Below, one piece after another: positions 47,988 through 55,010 of a stretch of DNA of 64,000 nucleotides. This DNA is from a virus. Its lineage: Duplodnaviria > Caudoviricetes. Positions within the stretch are counted from its first letter, which is position 1. Each line of letters starts with the position of its first letter. The DNA is taken from positions 1,135 through 65,134 of IMG/VR virus record IMGVR_UViG_3300032177_000010; one strand, 5' to 3'. The position numbers and the translations under genes were made by a program. The notes under the pieces were generated by a model. It worked only from the letters and a program-made list of their open reading frames with translations. It was not told the origin of the DNA and ran no database searches.

Positions 47988-48596
47988 CTATAATTGACTT
48001 GCAGCATCCCAAGTACCTTTCCTCTTTATTATATACTCATCTTCTAAGACAAGATTCTTACGCCCCCAACGCTCTTCATAATTACCGTAGAAATTCTGAT
48101 CTACGAAAGCATGATTAAAGATTGCTACCGGCTCTATTGCCCTATAGGCTTTAGTAAATATATCTTCCTGTCTGACAGCATCTACCTTATTATTTACCTC
48201 TGGAAAAGATATCTTATTTAGTGCTATCCGTCTAAATTTTCCAAAATACATCTGGAAGTGCGGATTATATGCTACACTTTGATTAGGATAATCTTCAAAT
48301 AATTTTCTAAATATATCTGCATTCTTAATTTCAAATGTATCTTGAAGAAAGATAAATTCGTCCCAATTTGTAAAGTCTAAGATAGCTCCGATAGCGCCTA
48401 TCTCATAATGATCACCAGTTAGTTTTATAAAATAATCTCTACCACTTTCGATCCAAGTATTTGTCCACTCTGCATTAAATCCATCATTTACTATAACTAT
48501 AATTGGATAACTTATATCTGGAATAGAATTTCTAAGTGTCGTGAAAGCCTCTTCGCCGCCCGACCAAGTTACAATGGCTATACCTTGCTTTACCAT
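47988..48596 (-). CDS. Putative GT-A-like glycosyltransferase, paralog 3
   Basis: IAIVTWSGG / YEIGAI / DEFIFLQDTFEI / YFGKF. Confidence 0.55.
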   Translation of the reverse strand: MVKQGIAIVTWSGGEEAFTTLRNSIPDISYPIIVIVNDGFNAEWTNTWIESGRDYFIKLTGDHYEIGAIGAILDFTNWDEFIFLQDTFEIKNADIFRKLFEDYPNQSVAYNPHFQMYFGKFRRIALNKISFPEVNNKVDAVRQEDIFTKAYRAIEPVAIFNHAFVDQNFYGNYEERWGRKNLVLEDEYIIKRKGTWDAASQL

Positions 48597-49288
48597 CTTG
48601 TTCTATTCTCACCGTACTTCCTATTAAAATATTGACGATCTAGTTCAATCTGCTTTTCTAGTTCATCTTGTATAAGTTTAAATGATGCGCCCTGATAATG
48701 GTCTACTGGAAGGCCAATAAGTTTAGCAATTTTAAGGCCGAGTTTTCCAATCTCTTTAACTAGATCATCGTCCCCATACCACCAACGAAGATTCCAATCT
48801 ACCCTAATAGGTAGATGGCCCTTGACCATAAACGCAAATCCTGCCAAGCCCCCATGACCGTAGGTACTATCTGTATACTCTAAAGTTATATCTCCCTCTC
48901 TTAGAAAGGTGGGCCTATAGTAATCTGGACATATAGCGCCAATATCATCATTTTGCTCAAGATATTGAGATAATTTACTCAATGTACCGGGCAAGAAGTA
49001 GATATCGTCATTTAATATTGCTATATTAACCTTTGGTCCAAAGTCCTTAATAGCGGCATCCCAGCCAAGATTCCACATTTGATAGATTGATAGTTCGGGG
49101 CAATGGATAATTGTTGCATCCCTTATGGTAGAATTGGATAGTAACTCTTGCTGTAAGTAGGAAAGCCTATCCGAATCTAGCCCATTATCCATGATATATA
49201 ACATTTCTATATCGCCTAAGGATGGTAACAGCCTCAGAAGATAAGTTGTATCAAATCTAGTAGGGACCACGGCAACTATGGGAGTCAT
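48590..49288 (-). CDS. Glycosyltransferase family 2
   Basis: 'VVPTR', 'MDNG', 'WNLG', 'ILNDD', 'WWYGDDD'. Confidence 0.85.
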   Translation of the reverse strand: MTPIVAVVPTRFDTTYLLRLLPSLGDIEMLYIMDNGLDSDRLSYLQQELLSNSTIRDATIIHCPELSIYQMWNLGWDAAIKDFGPKVNIAILNDDIYFLPGTLSKLSQYLEQNDDIGAICPDYYRPTFLREGDITLEYTDSTYGHGGLAGFAFMVKGHLPIRVDWNLRWWYGDDDLVKEIGKLGLKIAKLIGLPVDHYQGASFKLIQDELEKQIELDRQYFNRKYGENRTRW

Positions 49289-49719
49289 GACTGTAGTATT
49301 CTCCGCTTTAGTTCCGTAGTAGAAATACCTTTGGTATAGGGTACGTATGCTAGAGTAATATTTTTATCGTCTAGCCATTTTTGTGTAAATTGCATCTGAG
49401 CGTAATAGTCTTTACATGCCCAATCATCTCCAACAACTATGATGCTAGGTTTTATTATCTCGATTGCGGGCTTAGAGTCTGCCCCACCAATATTAGGATA
49501 GACAAAGAATACATACCTACACGCTTGTAAAATAGCGCTACGATCTTCATAACTATAAATCGGGGGCTTACCTTTATATCCCTCTACAAATTCATCTGTA
49601 TTAAGGCATACTACTACTTGGCCGCGTTCCCCAGCAATCTCCTTACATTGACGAAGAAAGTTAACATGCCCTGCATGGAACAAATCAAATGTCCCTCCGG
49701 TATAAACTACCTTAGCCAT
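49285..49719 (-). CDS. Cytidylyltransferase (TagD/glycerol-3-phosphate CTase-like)
   Basis: 'GGTFDLFHAGH', 'VVGDDW', 'YTKGISTT'. Confidence 0.9.
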   Translation of the reverse strand: MAKVVYTGGTFDLFHAGHVNFLRQCKEIAGERGQVVVCLNTDEFVEGYKGKPPIYSYEDRSAILQACRYVFFVYPNIGGADSKPAIEIIKPSIIVVGDDWACKDYYAQMQFTQKWLDDKNITLAYVPYTKGISTTELKRRILQS

Positions 49720-50383
49720 GTGGTACCAACCCGAACTCTTTCACAAAGTAGTGAAAGCCGATACAACGATCAATCCATTCCTGCGTTACCTTTCCCTCGC
49801 TCAGTAGACGCTTATAGGTTTCTATGTATTCATTCTCTCGCAGGATTTGCTTGCTACTGGTCTTTCTATGGGTAATCTTCCAACCGAAGTTTGCTCCCTG
49901 CCCAATAAAGTCATCGTCTTCATGTACAGAGTTGGAGAATCGAACGGAATCCGCTCTAAACAGTCGGCACTTTAGGAAGGTGCGTAACGGCCCCTTTCCG
50001 TCGATATACTCATCAAGGGTAAACCAGACATGTGTAGATAGATCGCCTGACTGAACAAACTCTACGATCTTATGCATAGTTGCCTCATCTATCCGCTCAT
50101 CCGCGTCTAGCATCAGAACCCAAGTATTAGAGCCAATGGTATAGCGAATATAGTCTACACCAATCTTCTTAATAGATTCTGGAAGTCCTGTATGATCATT
50201 ATAGAGAACGTCTATAATACGATCATTGTTCGCCTTGCCCCAAGCGTATACCGTATCTACCGTATCGTCGGTGCTTCCGTCATCCGAAACTACAATATCC
50301 TGCACGTAATCTGCAACAGTAGTAAGTAAGTTCTCAACTTCTGCGGATTCGTTATACGTAGCAACTAGAAATACTAGGTTCAT
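49712..50383 (-). CDS. Glycosyltransferase family 2
   Basis: 'TYNE', 'DDGSTDDT', 'LDADE', 'VHE'. Confidence 0.9.
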   Translation of the reverse strand: MNLVFLVATYNESAEVENLLTTVADYVQDIVVSDDGSTDDTVDTVYAWGKANNDRIIDVLYNDHTGLPESIKKIGVDYIRYTIGSNTWVLMLDADERIDEATMHKIVEFVQSGDLSTHVWFTLDEYIDGKGPLRTFLKCRLFRADSVRFSNSVHEDDDFIGQGANFGWKITHRKTSSKQILRENEYIETYKRLLSEGKVTQEWIDRCIGFHYFVKEFGLVPHG

Positions 50384-50571
50384 GATAACTGCTCAACCCC
50401 TATTCCTACAACTAAGGTAACAATTATAAGTGTTACCACAAAGACTGCTGCCATTGCGAATCCGGGTACTAATACATTAATCCCTGCAACTATTAATACT
50501 ACTGTTAATAGTGGGAGCATGATATAAAGACCTAATCTAAAGTAATGTAAAAGCTCTCGTAGAGCCTCCAT
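50380..50571 (-). CDS. Small 2-TM membrane protein
   Basis: 63 aa hydrophobic; AGGAGG RBS. Confidence 0.65.
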   Translation of the reverse strand: MEALRELLHYFRLGLYIMLPLLTVVLIVAGINVLVPGFAMAAVFVVTLIIVTLVVGIGVEQLS

Positions 50572-50585
50572 TTAAATTTCCTCCT

Positions 50586-50614
50586 AAAATAAAAAGGAAC
50601 GGGCAACGGCCCGT
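50586..50614 (-). terminator. Probable terminator after the RNA array
   Basis: ACGGGC-CGTT-GCCCGT then TCCTTTTTATTTT. Confidence 0.55.
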
Positions 50615-50625
50615 AATTATAGAGT

Positions 50626-50701
50626 TGGCAGGGGAGATAGGATTCGAACCTATACTCGACTGATCCAAAGTCAGCCGCATTGCCAATTATGCTACTCCCC
50701 T
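50626..50701 (-). tRNA. tRNA-Gln (TTG)
   Basis: Loop CT-TTG-GA, T-arm, CCA. Confidence 0.9.
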
Positions 50702-50705
50702 AAGT

Positions 50706-50781
50706 TGGCTCCCGCGATAGGGATCGAACCTATAACATACTGGTTAACAGCCAAATCGTTCTACCATTGAACTACACGGGA
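50706..50781 (-). tRNA. tRNA-Asn (GTT)
   Basis: TCCCGTG acceptor, loop CT-GTT-AA, CCA. Confidence 0.9.
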
Positions 50782-50786
50782 AAGTA

Positions 50787-50905
50787 ATAAGGAGAATTAA
50801 TCAACCTCAGACGAATTTGCAGGTTTTCCCGCCCTGCTGCCCCGAAGGGTTAGTGGAAGTAAGATTTTTCAAGAATCGAAGTATCTGAAGTCTGCACTAC
50901 CTTAT
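50787..50905 (-). ncRNA. Y-RNA-like element 1 (multi-hairpin payload)
   Basis: P1 AUAAGG/CCUUAU, UAGUG, P2 ACUUCAGA/UCUGAGGU, UACUUC, UUCU. Confidence 0.8.
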
Positions 50906-50922
50906 CCAAGTATTAAATTATA

Positions 50923-51057
50923 TTAGGGAGAATTTAGGCGTATCAGTCTTTATATATAACTTCACCCTAACAAGTAAGGTGATAGGATTCGAACCTATAA
51001 TCTCAAAAGTATTAATTCTGTGTTTTACCGAAGTAACTGATACTGTCACTACCCTAA
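50923..51057 (-). ncRNA. Y-RNA-like element 2 (T-arm plus capped acceptor stem; YrlA-like)
   Basis: P1 UUAGGG/CCCUAA, P2 GUAUCAGU/ACUGAUAC; payload AUAGG-UUCGAAU-CCUAU then CACCUUA-loop-UAGGGUG. Confidence 0.85.
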
Positions 51058-51073
51058 CAAAACGTTAGGTTTT

Positions 51074-51149
51074 TGGTAGCCCTACGGCGAATCGAACGCC
51101 GATTGGCAGAGTGAAAATCTGCTGTCCTAAACCGTTAGACGATAGGGCC
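51074..51149 (-). tRNA. tRNA-Glu (TTC)
   Basis: Loop TT-TTC-AC, T-arm, CCA. Confidence 0.9.
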
Positions 51150-51154
51150 AAATT

Positions 51155-51295
51155 ATTAGGAGAAAAGATCGCATAGACCCTCTGTACTGGTGCTTTAACA
51201 TTAAGCTACTCTCAACTGATTAGAGAAGAGAGGGAGGAATTGAACCTCCGATATCCCGTTCCCAAGCGAAGTATGTCTATACTGCACTACCTAAT
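51155..51295 (-). ncRNA. Y-RNA-like element 3 (full circularly permuted tRNA module; YrlA-like)
   Basis: P1 AUUAGG/CCUAAU, P2 GUAUAGAC/GUCUAUGC; T-arm GGAGG-UUCAAUU-CCUCC, stem CUCUC/GAGAG, D-arm UA-GCUU-AAUGUUA-AAGC. Confidence 0.88.
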
Positions 51296-51310
51296 ATTAA
51301 TGTACTTATT

Positions 51311-51394
51311 TTCTAGGAGAATTGGGCGTGTAGGCTCAAAAATGTAATTGTTTGGAATTATTTTAGAAGAAATCCTACACTACACTACCTAGAA
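51311..51394 (-). ncRNA. Y-RNA-like element 4 (AU-rich unstructured payload)
   Basis: P1 UUCUAGG/CCUAGAA, UAGUG, P2 GUGUAGG/CCUACAC, UUCUUC. Confidence 0.8.
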
Positions 51395-51408
51395 TATTTA
51401 GTTTTAAA

Positions 51409-51483
51409 TTAATCGGAGAATTAGGCGAATCCGGTGCTTGTTTCTGAATCTTAGAAGTAACCGAATCCTTCACTACCGATTAA
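51409..51483 (-). ncRNA. Y-RNA-like element 5 (minimal, 18-nt payload)
   Basis: P1 UUAAUCGG/CCGAUUAA, P2 GGAUUCGGU/ACCGGAUUC, UACUUC; begins 3 nt after the Ro60 stop. Confidence 0.8.
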
Positions 51484-51486
51484 AAT

Positions 51487-53067
51487 TTACCACTTACTGA
51501 TTTGTGCGGCCATATTAGCGCCCTCAACGAGAGCCATATAGTCAATAATTTTATCCGACCATCCGTTAAGCAGAACGGTATTCTTACTAGTAGAAGGTGT
51601 TTGACGTGTACCGTATGCAGACAAGTCTAGGGAGTATAGATATACATTTCTATTTATCTTGGCCCGATATTCTTTTAACTCCGTATTTACGAAGGAGTCA
51701 GTGTACCAAGAGAATGTTGAACCGTAATAATCCTTCTGACTTCCTGCTCCCCTTCCTGTAGTATCGTAGCATTGCATATCAGAGATAAGCACGATACGAT
51801 CTACCTTGATCTTACTATCAAGTAGTAACTTAAATGCTAGGCCAGCATTCGTAGAGTGCCCAACATCTGTACGGACAATCTTCTCAATGTTGTTGATCAT
51901 CGTGTCATCAGGGTTTAATTTAATAACTTGTGCTGTCTGTCCAAACCCAATAACGATGGAATTAGCAGCCTTCTTAGTTGCAATCGCTCCTAGAACAGCC
52001 GCAACCTCTGCATTTGTCATCTTAGACTTAGCCGACACATTTGCGCCCGTCATGGACCCCGAAAGGTCCACTAGAACTGCTGTAGTACCGTCTAGGACTA
52101 CGTTAGAGATTGACTTCTCAAATGCTTGAGCAATTGCTCTATTAATCTTTTGATTGTCTACTTCCTTATAAGCAGAGAAGAATCGATACGGTAACTGCTT
52201 GGAATTCTTGATTAGCCGCTCATCGGTAATCTTGGCAAGAACGGGATCAAGATCGACCCCGGACTTGTCAAAGTTACGCAAGTTGCGTAGCAATGCCATG
52301 TAGCCCATCTTTGGAAAGATGGCATTCCATGTTTCCTTGCTGGAACCAAACTTGGAAATAATATTTTCCCAAGTTGCGCCCGATTTCTCAAGCAATTCCA
52401 GATCAAGAGTATCCTTTGCAAGCAACTGCTTTAGTGCTGCAATCTTTGGCAAGGCTTCCTCATCAACAATATCATTGATAAGGTAATTTCGCATTGCCTT
52501 GGAAACTGGATAGCCCTCTCTACGATAGATAAGATGTAGAACATCTCCTAGGGAGACGCCCTTCTTATCAGAGTCATACTTATTTAATTGGTATTCATCG
52601 AATGCCGCGAAAGCAGCAGCCAGTCCCTTCTTCAAAGAGTTAGGAATAGGCTTCCCGTGCGCAGACAACTGGTACGCAATAACGTCAGCCAATTCGTCGG
52701 CACGCTTAACGATCTTAGGAGTATACTCCCTCACGAAAGGCTTGCACGCTTCGATATTTGCGGCTTCCACAAGTAGAACCTGTGGAGTCGTTCTTAGATA
52801 GATTTCGTTTCTAGCGTATGCCGCTAGCTGTAGGACAAACTTAGGGTCGCTCTTTGCGACTTCCTTAATGTCCTTAACGATTTCATTGGCGATCTTGTCA
52901 CCACTCTTATAGAACGTATTCTCGCTCCAAAATGCACCAAGAACACGCTCAATTAAACGATCCTTTGCTGGCAGCTTCCACGCTACCGCAGCCTCTTCAT
53001 TAAGAGTCATGTTTTCAGGATCAAGAGTTTCCAAACTTGTAACTGTCTTTGTATTTAACTTAACCAT
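51487..53067 (-). CDS. rsr: Ro60/Rsr TROVE-domain RNA-binding protein
   Basis: 'YARNEIYLR', 'RADE', 'FDEYQLNKY', 'TWE', 'MGYMALLRNLRN', 'SKQLPYRFFSAY', vWA MIDAS 'DLSGSM...T...SD'. Confidence 0.95.
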   Translation of the reverse strand: MVKLNTKTVTSLETLDPENMTLNEEAAVAWKLPAKDRLIERVLGAFWSENTFYKSGDKIANEIVKDIKEVAKSDPKFVLQLAAYARNEIYLRTTPQVLLVEAANIEACKPFVREYTPKIVKRADELADVIAYQLSAHGKPIPNSLKKGLAAAFAAFDEYQLNKYDSDKKGVSLGDVLHLIYRREGYPVSKAMRNYLINDIVDEEALPKIAALKQLLAKDTLDLELLEKSGATWENIISKFGSSKETWNAIFPKMGYMALLRNLRNFDKSGVDLDPVLAKITDERLIKNSKQLPYRFFSAYKEVDNQKINRAIAQAFEKSISNVVLDGTTAVLVDLSGSMTGANVSAKSKMTNAEVAAVLGAIATKKAANSIVIGFGQTAQVIKLNPDDTMINNIEKIVRTDVGHSTNAGLAFKLLLDSKIKVDRIVLISDMQCYDTTGRGAGSQKDYYGSTFSWYTDSFVNTELKEYRAKINRNVYLYSLDLSAYGTRQTPSTSKNTVLLNGWSDKIIDYMALVEGANMAAQISKW

Positions 53068-53361
53068 TTCCTTACCTCAATTCTGCCTATAACAGATAAA
53101 TTTTGGTGGTAGATATCTCTAGTCACCCCTGAACGCGCAAACTTACTCACCATGAACGAAACCAAGAAACGGGTCTTTGTTGATATCCTTTACCGGGTGA
53201 TCGACCACCTATTCTATTCAGTTGTCTCTTTAGAGGGATAGCGGCCTTTCTTCTTAAGTGAAGTTGGCTTTGGAACTGCGCGAGGAAGGGCTAATGGTTT
53301 ATCCCAATTCTTCGCTATGCGTTCCCCTGCTTCCTTTGAGGTCTTGTCCCTCGTTTCGTCC

Positions 53362-53391
53362 ATTGTAGCACCTTTCGTAGCCGAACTTCAA
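53362..53391 (-). promoter_or_regulatory. Sigma70-like promoter upstream of Ro60 locus
   Basis: TTGAAG-N18-TACAAT with extended TG; shares AAGGTGCTAYAATG with the 45297 promoter. Confidence 0.55.
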
Positions 53392-53405
53392 CTCGATTTT
53401 ATATT

Positions 53406-53479
53406 TGGTGGAGGAACGGGGAATTGAACCCCGATCTATTCGGTGCAAGCGAATCGTTCTTCCGTTAAACTATACCCCC
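53406..53479 (-). tRNA. tRNA-Ala (TGC)
   Basis: GGGGG acceptor with G3:U70, loop CT-TGC-AC, CCA. Confidence 0.9.
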
Positions 53480-53480
53480 G

Positions 53481-53556
53481 TGGAGGTTCCTGTCAGAATC
53501 GAACTGACAAATAAGCGGTCTGCAACCGCCCCCTTTAACCATTCAGGCAAGGAACC
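53481..53556 (-). tRNA. tRNA-Cys (GCA)
   Basis: Loop TT-GCA-GA, U73, CCA. Confidence 0.9.
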
Positions 53557-53765
53557 TTAATCTGGCTTATTTACCTCTTCTAGAACAGATAAATCAAACG
53601 ATCCTACAATCATGTCCCCTGATACTAGTACATAGCTGGGGGGACCGACACATGAGCATGTCTTACAGTGATAAGACTTGGGTATTCCTTCGTATTTTAC
53701 GATTGATTCTTTACCATTTGTAGTTCGTACTCGATAATACTTTCCTACCTCTACAGAAGTAGGTT
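53557..53765 (-). other. Open frame between tRNAs lacking an obvious start outside tRNA-Ser (possible gene remnant)
   Basis: ORF 53557..53835 starts inside the tRNA; the downstream part contains HCKTCSC. Confidence 0.3.
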
Positions 53766-53848
53766 TGGCGGAAGGTGCGGGGGTCGAACCCGCAACAGAT
53801 TTCTGCGCCTGTTTAGCAAACAAGTTCCTCACCATTCGGATACCTTCC
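53766..53848 (-). tRNA. tRNA-Ser (GCT)
   Basis: Loop TT-GCT-AA, long variable arm, G73, CCA. Confidence 0.9.
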
Positions 53849-55010
53849 GTGTCATACTTTTAACAATATCGTAAGCATTTTCTATACCCTGCTTACGTAA
53901 ATATACTTGAAGCGTCTCAGCATAAATTGTCCAATCTTTCTCTAGCGCATTTTGCATGGTATTAGCATCGGGGTTAGTGCGAGACATACCTGTTATGGTA
54001 CTATTATAAGAAACTAAACAATATCCTAGTAATGTGCCTATATTACGCATAATTGTACTATTTGATAAATCTCTTTGTAATCTAGATATATAAAGTTTAT
54101 CTATCATTGTTTGTGCTAGTCCGTTAGCCAGCGTTAGGTTGCCTTCGGCATTCTCAAAATCAATTGGATTAACCTTCTGAGGCATTGTGCTTGAGCCAAC
54201 CTCAAATTCAACATCCTTTAATTTAACCCAGCCATCGCTAATATAGCGCCACATATCTTGTACAAAATCTAATAGAATACCGTTTATCCTCTGTAAATTC
54301 TGGAACAGTATAACTATATCTTCAAAGGGATTGATCTGCGTGGTCACTAAATTTGGAGTCAAGTTAAATGACAGTACTAATTCTCGTGATAGCCTATCCC
54401 AATCAACATCAGGATAAGCAAATTTTAATGCGTAGAAATTGCCTACCGACCCATTAAACTTTCCAGTTAAAGATGCTACGGAGTGCGCAAGGTTTACTAT
54501 CTCTTTGTATAGTCTTATCTTAAATACACGCATTTCGTGCTCCCATGTTGTAGGAGCCGCTGGCTGTCCATGAGTACGAGCAAGCATTGGTATATTAGAT
54601 AAATCAAAAGTATCATTTATTTCATAAAGTTTAGGTACAATAACCTTCGTTACTGCATCTGTAAGTATTAATCGGTAAGCGATATTATTAATATCTTCCG
54701 ATGTAATTCCTAAATGAACGAACTCACGCACATCGTTTGGTACTAGTTGACGGAGATATAGTTCAACCGCCTTTACATCATGGCGAGTAATTTTCTCTAT
54801 CTCTTTTATCTTGATTGCTTCTTCCATAGAAAAATTTTCTAATATGCTATCAAGGTATTTAACGGGAGCTATAATTTTATACTCTATTAGAGATTTAAGG
54901 TATTTAATCTCTATCTCTAATCTCTTCTTTATAAGAGCATATTCACTGACGTATGGGGCTAACTCAGTTAAATCGTATCTTCCATCTAGGGGAGTTATAG
55001 CATTGAGCAC
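53829..55010 (-). CDS. purB: Adenylosuccinate lyase (short C-terminus)
   Basis: 'PLDGRY', 'HDVKAVE', 'ARTHGQPA', 'GSSTMPQKVNPIDFENAEGN', 'SRLQRDL'. Confidence 0.93.
   Translation of the reverse strand: MLNAITPLDGRYDLTELAPYVSEYALIKKRLEIEIKYLKSLIEYKIIAPVKYLDSILENFSMEEAIKIKEIEKITRHDVKAVELYLRQLVPNDVREFVHLGITSEDINNIAYRLILTDAVTKVIVPKLYEINDTFDLSNIPMLARTHGQPAAPTTWEHEMRVFKIRLYKEIVNLAHSVASLTGKFNGSVGNFYALKFAYPDVDWDRLSRELVLSFNLTPNLVTTQINPFEDIVILFQNLQRINGILLDFVQDMWRYISDGWVKLKDVEFEVGSSTMPQKVNPIDFENAEGNLTLANGLAQTMIDKLYISRLQRDLSNSTIMRNIGTLLGYCLVSYNSTITGMSRTNPDANTMQNALEKDWTIYAETLQVYLRKQGIENAYDIVKSMTRKVSEW

Noticed and set aside
50787-51483. CRISPR array
   Set aside because: Repeats are not identical direct repeats; only short motifs are conserved, stems covary, unit lengths range about 75-140 nt and no cas genes are seen.
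53104-53360. RNase P, SRP, 6S RNA or cobalamin riboswitch
   Set aside because: I could not find their hallmark motifs (for example GAGGAAAGUCC for RNase P or the B12 box) by eye; left unclassified.
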